DNA from: a virus
Virus record (IMG/VR): IMGVR_UViG_3300045120_000483
Span: 40,882 to 104,881 of that record
DNA: 64,000 bases
Direction: 5' to 3' (one strand)
Below the pieces are notes generated by a model. The model worked only from the letters and a program-made list of their open reading frames with translations, did not search any database and was not told the DNA's origin. Position 1 is the first letter of the stretch; each line of letters starts with the position of its first letter. Positions 38,204-45,267 of the stretch are shown here, piece by piece. The position numbers and the translations under genes were made by a program.

Positions 38204-38278
38204 GAAAGACAGGCCGGTCCTTTCAGCCGGGGCAGACCCTGATGAAATCTTACAATTGAACCGGGGTTCCTGTCTTTC
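38204..38278 (+). ncRNA. candidate sRNA with TCCTTTC loop
   Basis: GAAAGACAGG/CCTGTCTTTC stem; CCGG-[TCCTTTCAG]-CCGG. Confidence 0.5.
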
Positions 38279-38295
38279 TTTTTGAGGATATCATC

Positions 38296-38523
38296 ATGAA
38301 ATATGTTAGCATTAATAGCCATACCATCCGGCGAAATAAGAAGCATGGGGAGAATAATCCCCCAATTCGGATAGCCCGAACCCCCTCCGATAAGAAACCG
38401 GTCTATGCCTTTGAAGCGGAGATTGTGGGACCAGCTAAGCTCATTTATAATCCCAAGGCACCAATATTGAAGTGCGGGGCGCGGCTGGTCCTTCAATGTG
38501 AAAAAGTAAATATTCTGAAATAA
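38296..38523 (+). CDS. conserved phage hypothetical protein
   Basis: N.H.IRRN.KHG.N.PPI...YA.E..I.GP..L.Y.P..P.L.CGAR. Confidence 0.75.
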   Translation: MKYVSINSHTIRRNKKHGENNPPIRIARTPSDKKPVYAFEAEIVGPAKLIYNPKAPILKCGARLVLQCEKVNILK

Positions 38524-38848
38524 GGTACGAAATGCAGCTTCGAAAGAAAAATAAGTTACCACCCCACGTTGTCCCGGTGCATCCAGCATTTGGAGATATT
38601 CGGGCTTGGCAAACTCAGACTCATGAATATTGGATTCACCCTACAAAGGGATTGCGAAAAAGAAGGAAATAAGGCATCCAGCCTTAATTGAAAAACTAAA
38701 TAGAGGACTAGGTGAACTAGTTCTTGACATCATGAAATAAAATCTTATATAAGGGTACGATGAAAAACGCCTGTTCCATAAAAGTCAATACGAACCCCGC
38801 CCAAAAGCGGGGAGAGCGGACGTTTTCGAAGTATACTATTTAACTTTT

Positions 38849-39013
38849 CGGTTGGATCAATCCGGTCCTTCCGCAAAGGAGGGACGAAAGAGATCACAAA
38901 TCTCCCAATCCCTGTTTAAGACGTGGAAATAGGGAAATCCATTACATAAAAGCCCTCACCGGATAGACACAAAAGAATACGAATTGTGTTTATTTTTTCG
39001 GACGTGCCAACCG
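38849..39013 (+). ncRNA. candidate multi-branch ncRNA
   Basis: CGGTTGG/CCAACCG, ATCCGGT/ACCGGAT, GTCCTTCC-GCAAA-GGAGGGAC, TCCCTGTTT/AAATAGGGA; promoter at 38724. Confidence 0.55.
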
Positions 39014-39141
39014 CAATTTAAATTGCGCTGATAGGGTCATCTCTTGGGGCATACGGATAGAAACGGGTTCGTGTTCAAATTGAAATGGTAAAGCGCGGCT
39101 CCGACGCTAGTATCGGGCAACAATTACAATTCAGAGGGATT

Positions 39142-39897
39142 ATGCATAAGTTCTGGAAATCGGTTGAAAAGAACTTTAACGTTCAAGACTTGAACAATTT
39201 CAAGAATTGGGAGGATGTCCGCAAGATACCCCTTTACATTGAGCGGGACTGGGTTGACGGCTATTACCCGGACGTAAAGGCGATGATCGAAACCAACCCC
39301 AACAAGGATTGGGAGAAGGTCTATTTAGAACCGGCTCTGGGACATACGCCGGAAAGCCTGCTTCAGGCGGAATTTATTTTTGAAGGAAAAATCAGATCGA
39401 CAGGTTTCCGGTTGAAGTCCATGCATCATGGACTGACCTATGAAACGTTAGCCGGTAAATCGCTCCTCAATTATGATATGATAATTGAGTTTGGGGCGGG
39501 TATCGGAGAGTTAGCAAAAACAATTTTTGAGTTGGGTTATGGGGGTCGCTATGTTGTCGTGGACCTTCCGGTAATATCTCAGATTTCCAGTTTCTATAAT
39601 AACGGGATGACGGAGAGCGTTTCCTCAATTGACCAGATTCTTGGTATCCCGAAGAATACGTTGTTTATCGCAACGTGGTCACTCTCCGAAACTCCCTTTG
39701 GAGTCCGTAAGGTGGTGGCCGAAACTATCAAAGGTATGGACCAGTTGATTCTCTTTCAGAAGAGCTTTTTTGAGATTGAGAATTTTGAATATTTTACGGA
39801 AGAGTGGCCCCTTCTAACTAACACCTTCTTCCGGCTCAAGAAGATTTGGTTTCATGAACATCAGAACGGAAACTATTACTTAGTTTGTAAGTCGTGA
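39142..39897 (+). CDS. SAM-dependent (sugar O-)methyltransferase-like protein
   Basis: IIEFGAGIG, YVVVDLP, FIATWSLSE. Confidence 0.8.
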   Translation: MHKFWKSVEKNFNVQDLNNFKNWEDVRKIPLYIERDWVDGYYPDVKAMIETNPNKDWEKVYLEPALGHTPESLLQAEFIFEGKIRSTGFRLKSMHHGLTYETLAGKSLLNYDMIIEFGAGIGELAKTIFELGYGGRYVVVDLPVISQISSFYNNGMTESVSSIDQILGIPKNTLFIATWSLSETPFGVRKVVAETIKGMDQLILFQKSFFEIENFEYFTEEWPLLTNTFFRLKKIWFHEHQNGNYYLVCKS

Positions 39898-39899
39898 GA

Positions 39900-40048
39900 G
39901 GGCGTCGTCTTGTCGGTTGGTTTCTTCCATTGTTACCCAATCGGCGGTCATCCGGCAGAGAGAGGATGATAAATGTAAGGGGACAAAAGGTATTTCTCCG
40001 GAGTTGTGTATGTTGAAGTAAACGGAGAGTGTATAGTACAAACTCCCT
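39900..40048 (+). ncRNA. candidate structured RNA
   Basis: GTCGGTTGG/CCAATCGGC, TCATCC/GGATGA, GGAGTT..GT/ACAAACTCC; possible TTCTCCG/CGGAGAG pairing. Confidence 0.4.
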
Positions 40049-40051
40049 TAT

Positions 40052-40126
40052 GCTAGTTTAGCTTAAATGGTAGAGCATCTGATTCGTATCCAGATAGGTT
40101 CCTTTTCGATAAGGAAACTAGCACCA
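40052..40126 (+). tRNA. tRNA-Thr(CGT)
   Basis: cloverleaf, loop TTCGTAT, ACCA. Confidence 0.8.
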
Positions 40127-40133
40127 ATTTAAT

Positions 40134-40209
40134 GCCGATTTATCCTTAGTGGTTAAAGGTCTGCCCTTGTAACGCAGGTACGCGGGTTCGATTCCTGCAA
40201 TCGGCTCCA
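40134..40209 (+). tRNA. tRNA-Thr(TGT)
   Basis: cloverleaf, loop CTTGTAA, TCCA. Confidence 0.85.
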
Positions 40210-40216
40210 GTTCAAT

Positions 40217-40292
40217 GGGATCATAGTTTAGCGGTCAGAATCCCGCCCTTTCAAGGCGTGAGACCGGGGTTCGAATCCCCGTGGTCCTACCA
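40217..40292 (+). tRNA. tRNA-Glu(TTC)
   Basis: cloverleaf, loop CTTTCAA, ACCA. Confidence 0.9.
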
Positions 40293-40325
40293 TTCGAAGA
40301 AATGCATGAAATCATAAATACTTTC

Positions 40326-40688
40326 ATGCGTAATCAAATTAAATTAAAAGAATACAATCGACAACATTATTTGAAAATTCGGGTTTATCGTCGTGATGAA
40401 GTATTGGACCGTCAGCGTTTTATTAGAGGCAGAGTTAGGGAACTTAAAGTTGAACTTGGGTGTTCGCTTTGTGGATACAATAAATGTGCCAGGGCTCTCC
40501 AATTTCATCATTTAAGTGGAAAAGATGAAAATGTAGCAAGAATGGCGGCTCAAGGAAGATCGATGAAGAGAATTCTTGAAGAGATAGATAAGTGTGTTTG
40601 TGTATGTGCTAATTGTCATGCTGAATTACATGATGAAAAAGAGAAAAATAAAGCTCCGAAAGCTAACTTAGTAGAAGCGCCAGTCTGA
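40326..40688 (+). mobile_element. HNH endonuclease (putative homing endonuclease)
   Basis: CSLCGY..ALQFHH..EIDKC..VCANCHAELH; CATAAATA upstream. Confidence 0.85.
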
Positions 40689-40728
40689 AGAATTGGATGA
40701 GTGGGGGCGGAACCTACACGGGGCACCA
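40653..40728 (+). tRNA. tRNA-Phe(GAA)
   Basis: loop CTGAAGA; atypical T loop GCGGAAC; ACCA. Confidence 0.8.
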
Positions 40729-40732
40729 TTTT

Positions 40733-40826
40733 TGATCGGTAGCTTAAGCAAAGCGTATCTCACCAAAGGCCATACTGTGGTTTTTGGGGAGGTAAGATGG
40801 AGGTCCAAGCCCTCCCTGATCAGCCA
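40733..40826 (+). ncRNA. tRNA-like RNA with elongated anticodon arm
   Basis: TGATCGG/CTGATCA+GCCA, D and T arms, about 16-bp anticodon-position helix. Confidence 0.7.
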
Positions 40827-40831
40827 ATTTA

Positions 40832-40903
40832 TGTCCGATGTAGCTTAAGCGTAAAGCAGACCTCCAAGGGAGGATCGTTGAGGGTTCAAGCCCCTCCCGG
40901 GCA
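40832..40903 (+). ncRNA. degenerate tRNA-like RNA
   Basis: TGTCCG/CGGGCA, same D arm as 40733 element, T arm GAGGG-TTCAAGC-CCCTC, 3-nt anticodon-position loop, no CCA. Confidence 0.55.
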
Positions 40904-40968
40904 GAAACAAAACCGTGTAAGCCGGTGGCAAAGAGCGGGTTATCCCGCCGCTAGCTAAATCATTTTAA

Positions 40969-41042
40969 CGCGGGGTAGAGGAGTAGTTCCTTGCCAGCCT
41001 CATAAGCTGGAGACATCGGTGCAAGTCCGGTCCACGCAACCA
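40969..41042 (+). tRNA. initiator-type tRNA-fMet(CAT)
   Basis: CGCGGGG...CGCAACCA with C1xA72; loop CTCATAA. Confidence 0.85.
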
Positions 41043-41047
41043 TTAAT

Positions 41048-41131
41048 GGGCAAGGCGCGGTCTGGGAACCCAGAGAGTCTGTAAAACTCACGCTTATAGC
41101 TAGAGAGGTTCGATTCCTCTTTTGCCCACCA
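41048..41131 (+). tRNA. tRNA-Tyr(GTA)
   Basis: loop CTGTAAA, variable arm, ACCA. Confidence 0.85.
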
Positions 41132-41132
41132 T

Positions 41133-41211
41133 TTTCTACTCAGGTTCGAATCCTGACGTTCAAGGACAGTCTATAGGCGAACGAACACTTGCGGAGATCG
41201 GTCAGTAGAAA
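41133..41211 (+). ncRNA. circularly permuted tRNA-like RNA 1
   Basis: TTTCTAC/GTAGAAA terminal stem; T arm TCAGG-TTCGAAT-CCTGA first; then capped CGTTC/GAACG; weak D arm. Confidence 0.55.
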
Positions 41212-41220
41212 TTCATTTAT

Positions 41221-41297
41221 GGGACTGTAGCTCAATTGGGAGAGCAACGCTTTTGCAAAGCGAAGGTTGTGGGTTCAAGTCCCACCTGTTTCCACCA
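41221..41297 (+). tRNA. tRNA-Ala(TGC)
   Basis: G3:U70, loop TTTGCAA, ACCA. Confidence 0.85.
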
Positions 41298-41301
41298 TTA
41301 T

Positions 41302-41362
41302 GGAGGGGTACCGGCCGCCTCCGGATACGCTGGTCTCAAAGACCGTGAAAAGACCTCCACCA
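41302..41362 (+). ncRNA. NCCA-ended mini tRNA-like RNA (family A, copy 1)
   Basis: GGAGG/CCTCC-ACCA; homologous to 51672..51727. Confidence 0.55.
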
Positions 41363-41386
41363 AATTCTTATTATGGGAGAAAAGGA

Positions 41387-41830
41387 ATGAACTGGACGGA
41401 TAATTATCCAGAGTTTACGGATACAGCTAATTGCTTTATACGGGCAACTAGTATAGCCCTAGAGAAATCATATGAAGACTCTTACAAAGAAGTTTCATTT
41501 CTCATTGAAAAGAATAATGATCCGCCAGTGAGCCCCAATCAGGGTGTATATCTAGATGTTATGATTAACTACATGGAATCAGTAGGTTGGAAATGGAATG
41601 GAGTATCCCTCTACAGACCACAACGAAATGATGTTTTAGTGGGGGGTTATCTCAGGGATGTCCCCAAAAAAGGTTGTTTCGTTGTCCTAATTTTTCTTCC
41701 TGATTTGAAACAACCGAAACAACGTTATGATGGTCATGCCCTTGCTGTAATTGATGGCACTATTCATGAACATTCTGTTTTTAAAAAAGTTTTTGATGAG
41801 CACGCCCCTTTGTGGGGATATTTCTCATAG
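41387..41830 (+). CDS. papain-like (C39-type) peptidase-like protein
   Basis: NCFIRATSIAL...Y...GHALAVIDG; AAGGA RBS. Confidence 0.65.
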   Translation: MNWTDNYPEFTDTANCFIRATSIALEKSYEDSYKEVSFLIEKNNDPPVSPNQGVYLDVMINYMESVGWKWNGVSLYRPQRNDVLVGGYLRDVPKKGCFVVLIFLPDLKQPKQRYDGHALAVIDGTIHEHSVFKKVFDEHAPLWGYFS

Positions 41831-41848
41831 CAAAGTTTCCACCATTTC

Positions 41849-41923
41849 GCCTCTGTATTTTTAATGGTAGAAGTCATTCTTGGTACGAATGGAGATGGCG
41901 TTCGATTCGCCACTGAGGCACCA
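41849..41923 (+). tRNA. tRNA-Thr(GGT)
   Basis: loop TTGGTAC, ACCA. Confidence 0.85.
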
Positions 41924-41953
41924 TAGAAAAAGGAAAAGTTCAGAAGTAGGCAA

Positions 41954-42023
41954 GGGGGCTAGCCTCCGGTCGGTACTCTAGACCGGTGACCAACACAAAT
42001 CGTTGGTCTGATAAATGGCCCTC
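41954..42023 (+). ncRNA. candidate three-way-junction RNA
   Basis: GGGGGCTA/TGGCCCTC enclosing CCGGTC/GACCGG and GACCAAC/GTTGGTC. Confidence 0.45.
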
Positions 42024-42031
42024 AAATTTAA

Positions 42032-42115
42032 GGTGGATGGGGTCCAAGGTGGACACACGGCTTTGAATACCGTCCCTCCGAAAGGATGAGAGTTCGATTC
42101 TTTCATCCACCGCCA
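42032..42115 (+). tRNA. tRNA-Ser(TGA)
   Basis: loop TTTGAAT, long variable arm, GCCA. Confidence 0.85.
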
Positions 42116-42117
42116 GT

Positions 42118-42233
42118 TTCTTCGAAGATCACTGTAGTAGGTGTGGGTTCATGTTCCTTCTAGACTATAAGGAGCTAGCCGTACTAACAGGTGTCTAGAC
42201 CGATGTGGGCGATAATGTTAACCTTTCGAAGAA
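42118..42233 (+). ncRNA. candidate pseudoknotted RNA
   Basis: TTCTTCGAAG/TTTCGAAGAA; loop CTAGAC complementary to GTCTAG. Confidence 0.45.
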
Positions 42234-42240
42234 TTCAATT

Positions 42241-42322
42241 GCAGATATGGTGAAATGGAAAACACACTACGCTTAGAACGTAGCGCGAAAGCTTGCGGGT
42301 TCAAGTCCTGCTATCTGCACCA
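42241..42322 (+). tRNA. tRNA-Leu(TAG)
   Basis: loop CTTAGAA, variable arm, ACCA. Confidence 0.9.
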
Positions 42323-42328
42323 TAAATA
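42321..42328 (+). promoter_or_regulatory. late promoter CATAAATA overlapping tRNA CCA end
   Basis: upstream of GAGG RBS of 42352. Confidence 0.6.
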
Positions 42329-42351
42329 CTAAAAAAACAGAGGAAAATGAA

Positions 42352-43197
42352 ATGAAAAAATTGAGAGAAATCCTGAATGAAAAATTTATTAAAGATATGT
42401 CCTCTGTGGAACATAAGAGACATCGACAATCTGAAGCTGAAGGGAGCCAGTGGCATCAGGATCACCCCGTAAGTCATGAAAATATAATCAATCATTTTAA
42501 TGCTGCCACTTCGGAGGAGCATCATAATGGGATGAGTTGGTATAAAGATGCTCATCATACGATGAAGGCTTTAGCTCATGACACCAAAACTCCCCATCAT
42601 CAGATGGCGGGTCTAATTTCAAATTATTCGCCCCAGACACATTGGTTTACAAATATCCATACTGCCGCAAAAGTTGCCCGGGAGAAGAAAGCTGTGGGCG
42701 GCCCCGGATCAGGAGTTTTTGCTTCAGGTCAACAAAAACATGCTGCACATAGGATGTTGCAGGGGGAACATTATAATAACGTTCTTGTTGGACATAAGGT
42801 GAGACATTTTGCTCATTTAATTGAGCATGGGGGCAATGAACATCCCGATCACCCCCATGTTGTGTTGGATCGTCATGCACATTCGGTGGCATCAGGAAGC
42901 CGTATTACTGATGCGGCATTTAGTCAAGCCGGACTCAAATCCAAGAAAAAATATGCTGATATGAGTAATGCCTATATAAAAGCGGCTCATCATCTATCGG
43001 AAATTCACAAACAAACAATTCATCCTCATCAAGTTCAGGCTGTAACTTGGCTGGTACGTCAACGGTTGAATGCTCAAGAAGATAAAGGGCAGGCGAAAAA
43101 CAAAAGTAATAAGGCAAAAGATACATGGCACAAATATGCGGAGGAACATCATCCAAGTGTGATTGGTCAAGAGCCCGGAACAGGTTATGGCCATTGA
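42352..43197 (+). CDS. HhH-type DNA glycosylase-like (DUF7178-like) protein with capsid-targeting-like leader
   Basis: GMSWY..A..SPQTHW..N..GHKVRHF..LDRH..Y..AA..PHQVQAVTW; MKKLREILNE leader. Confidence 0.6.
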   Translation: MKKLREILNEKFIKDMSSVEHKRHRQSEAEGSQWHQDHPVSHENIINHFNAATSEEHHNGMSWYKDAHHTMKALAHDTKTPHHQMAGLISNYSPQTHWFTNIHTAAKVAREKKAVGGPGSGVFASGQQKHAAHRMLQGEHYNNVLVGHKVRHFAHLIEHGGNEHPDHPHVVLDRHAHSVASGSRITDAAFSQAGLKSKKKYADMSNAYIKAAHHLSEIHKQTIHPHQVQAVTWLVRQRLNAQEDKGQAKNKSNKAKDTWHKYAEEHHPSVIGQEPGTGYGH

Positions 43198-43206
43198 TTC
43201 AACTAA

Positions 43207-43282
43207 GCTTCACTAGCCCAGCGGTAGAGGCAGCAGATTTAAATCCTGTTAAGGCCGGGTCCGAATCCCGGGTGAAGCACCA
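43207..43282 (+). tRNA. tRNA-Leu(TAA), short variable loop
   Basis: loop TTTAAAT, 76 nt, ACCA. Confidence 0.8.
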
Positions 43283-43288
43283 TTTAAT

Positions 43289-43364
43289 GGCTCTTTAGAC
43301 AAACCGGCATAGTCGCTTCCCTCAAAAAGAAGAGTTCTGGATTCGAATTCCAGGAGAGCTACCA
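43289..43364 (+). tRNA. tRNA-Leu(CAA), short variable loop
   Basis: loop CTCAAAA, 76 nt, ACCA. Confidence 0.8.
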
Positions 43365-43373
43365 AAATATCTC

Positions 43374-43402
43374 TTGACATGTTCTGACACTTTGGTTATC
43401 AT
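43374..43402 (+). promoter_or_regulatory. sigma70-like promoter of second RNA block
   Basis: TTGACA-N17-TATCAT. Confidence 0.65.
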
Positions 43403-43410
43403 ATTGAAAG

Positions 43411-43552
43411 TGGATGGGAAGCGCGTTGTGTTTTCGTCTTTCAACAAAAGCGGTCCCGTCCATTCTTGTTCTTAATTGTGGAATACCTTGCTGTTCAAGG
43501 GCTTATGCAAGGGATAGACTTTGTAAGAAGGCGGTATTCCACAGTTAAGAAC
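43411..43552 (+). ncRNA. two long hairpin RNAs
   Basis: TGGATGGGA/TCCCGTCCA; 21-bp TGTTCTTAATTGTGGAATACC/GGTATTCCACAGTTAAGAACA. Confidence 0.5.
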
Positions 43553-43646
43553 ATGGTGTTCCTGGCTGGCTTAATCTAAGCTTCCCACAAGTCGCTTAGA
43601 ACGTTTTGTGGAACGTAAGGAAGGGTTCGAATCTCTTCGACACCAT
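43553..43646 (+). ncRNA. tRNA-like RNA with elongated arm bearing a Leu(TAG)-type loop
   Basis: TGGTGTT/GACACCA, GCTT/AAGC, CCACAAG.CG-CTTAGAA-CG.TTTGTGG, GTTCGAATC T loop. Confidence 0.6.
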
Positions 43647-43725
43647 CGTAATAAGAACGGGATGATATCTTAACCCGAATAACGGCGAATCCTTCGGAAA
43701 AGTCGTTTCGTTCTTTCTTTTTAAT

Positions 43726-43801
43726 GCCCCTTTAGCTCAGTGACCAGAGCGGTTGTTTTACATACAACGGGTCGGGAGTTTGATTCTCTCAAGGGGTACC
43801 A
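43726..43801 (+). tRNA. tRNA-Val(TAC)
   Basis: loop TTTACAT, ACCA. Confidence 0.9.
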
Positions 43802-43806
43802 GAGAT

Positions 43807-44000
43807 AACGGTGTTGTCGCACCGTAGCCCGGTTTGACGGGCTTAAAGGATAGCAGTAGCGATACTGTCAAAGTAAGGAAGCTTACAGCCTTACACCGGA
43901 GCAATCCGGCCCATTCAAGCAGGTCCGGTTCACCCGAAAGGGCAGTCATACTAGACTGTGGCGGGAAGCAGGACGATGAGGAGACAAGACCCGAAAGGGA
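43807..44000 (+). ncRNA. candidate GNRA-rich structured RNA
   Basis: eight hairpins with GCGA, GCAA and two GAAA tetraloops; TTTGAC/GTCAAA pseudoknot. Confidence 0.55.
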
Positions 44001-44009
44001 TAAGAATAT

Positions 44010-44083
44010 AGCCTAGTGCCGGAATGGTTACGGGACCGCCTGCAAAGCGGGAGACAGGAGTTCGATCCTCCTCTAGGCTTCCA
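44010..44083 (+). tRNA. tRNA-Cys(GCA)
   Basis: loop CTGCAAA, U73, CCA. Confidence 0.9.
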
Positions 44084-44195
44084 GCACACCGATGAAGATA
44101 TTCGTAGCGTTGTGGACCCGTGGCGAACGAATAAAAATAAGGGAGCAAATTTCAGTACGCGACTGACCCACAAGTTAACGGTTTTCCAATAGAAT

Positions 44196-44270
44196 GCATC
44201 TTTAGCTCAGAGGAAGAGTGTCGCATCGACATTGCGAAGGTCCGGATATCGTAATTCCGAAGATGTACCA
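44196..44270 (+). tRNA. tRNA-Val(GAC)
   Basis: loop TCGACAT (C33), T loop ATCGTAA, ACCA. Confidence 0.75.
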
Positions 44271-44291
44271 CCTTAAACAAAAGGAAACATT

Positions 44292-44441
44292 ATGTTTGAA
44301 GCTCTGTTGATGACAATTTTAATTGCTGTTGTTATTGTGGTTATAGCGGAATGGTTTTCTCCGGATGCCCGTCTTACATGGATTGTTCGTTTGTTGGTTT
44401 TTGTTTGGTTGATTTACAAGCTTCTTCCGTTTTTGAAGTAA
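44292..44441 (+). CDS. 49-aa two-TM membrane protein
   Basis: AAGGA RBS; MFEALLMTILIAVVIVVIAEWFSPDARLTWIVRLLVFVWLIYKLLPFLK. Confidence 0.6.
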   Translation: MFEALLMTILIAVVIVVIAEWFSPDARLTWIVRLLVFVWLIYKLLPFLK

Positions 44442-44448
44442 AGTTAAT

Positions 44449-44527
44449 GTGGGAGTAGGGGAGTCTGGCCGTCCCCTCTTGCCTTGGAAGCAAGAAATCG
44501 TGAGTTCGAATCTCACTTCCCGCACCA
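44449..44527 (+). tRNA. tRNA-Pro(TGG)
   Basis: loop CTTGGAA, ACCA. Confidence 0.85.
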
Positions 44528-44535
44528 TTTAGGAG

Positions 44536-44730
44536 TTGATAATGTTTTGGAAAAGCCTTACACCCCCTGAAGCCGTTGAGTATTATAATCTTCTACAAAA
44601 GATTAGCATTTGGTCGGGCCACTGTGAGACTTGTCGAAAGGCAAAGTCTCCGGTACAAGAAGACTTGCGACCAACGGACCAAGAGTTTATGCGTTGGAAT
44701 GAACTGTTCTGGAAATTTTGGACAAAATAA
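44536..44730 (+). CDS. hypothetical protein
   Basis: AGGAG RBS. Confidence 0.5.
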   Translation: MIMFWKSLTPPEAVEYYNLLQKISIWSGHCETCRKAKSPVQEDLRPTDQEFMRWNELFWKFWTK

Positions 44731-44770
44731 AACATAATTCTAGCTAATCGGAGAAGCGACGTTAGTTTAT

Positions 44771-44847
44771 GGGGGTATAGTTCAAAGGTAGAATAGGCGC
44801 TTGATAGGCGTTTGATCGTTCGGGTTCGATTCCCCGTATCCCTACCA
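44771..44847 (+). tRNA. tRNA-Ile(GAT)
   Basis: loop TTGATAG, ACCA. Confidence 0.85.
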
Positions 44848-44866
44848 GTTTTTTAAAAGCAATCGT

Positions 44867-45199
44867 CTATTTAGCGTCGTCTGGCGACGTGGAATAATCG
44901 TCTGGAGACAACTCCACAAGAGGTTGGGGTGGCGCTTCGGGAGTGTGCTCTGTCTGAATCCTAGCCATTGCCAGGGCATCGGAAGTTGATCGTAAAGTAA
45001 AAGCTAGCTTAGCTAGGTCTTTGTTATATTTACTAATACCGGCCTCAATGCCTTTGTCAATTTCTTTCTGGATGTCAACCCTGTCTTCTTGACAGTTTTT
45101 ATAGTATAAATCGTCACACTCCCGGTCCCTTCGGGCTAGTTCTCTATCATGCAGGATAATTGCTTCTAGGGTGGCGACGATCATTTGTCGAAAGTTCAT
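44867..45199 (-). CDS. hypothetical late protein
   Basis: GATAAATA and GAGG upstream. Confidence 0.55.
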   Translation of the reverse strand: MNFRQMIVATLEAIILHDRELARRDRECDDLYYKNCQEDRVDIQKEIDKGIEAGISKYNKDLAKLAFTLRSTSDALAMARIQTEHTPEAPPQPLVELSPDDYSTSPDDAK

Positions 45200-45231
45200 T
45201 TAATTTCCCTCTCTAAATCAATATTTATCGC

Positions 45232-45260
45232 TTGACATTCCTTATAATATAAAGTATCAT
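45232..45260 (+). promoter_or_regulatory. sigma70-like promoter (near-leaderless HD gene)
   Basis: TTGACA-N17-TATCAT. Confidence 0.65.
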
Positions 45261-45267
45261 TATTGGA

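Noticed and set aside
38239-38268. Hammerhead ribozyme (CTGATGA...GAA)
   Set aside because: GAAC instead of GAAA, only a 3-bp stem II, and no convincing stems I and III
38849-39013. RNase P RNA
   Set aside because: The closing stem resembles alphaproteobacterial P1, but the GAGGAAAGUCC and ACAGAA.CCGGCUUA conserved regions are absent and the element is too short
41267-41386. N-terminal extensions of ORFs 41267, 40281, 47906 and ORFs 51955, 50745
   Set aside because: They run through tRNA or tRNA-like genes; downstream ATGs with RBS are more plausible, or the ORFs are spurious
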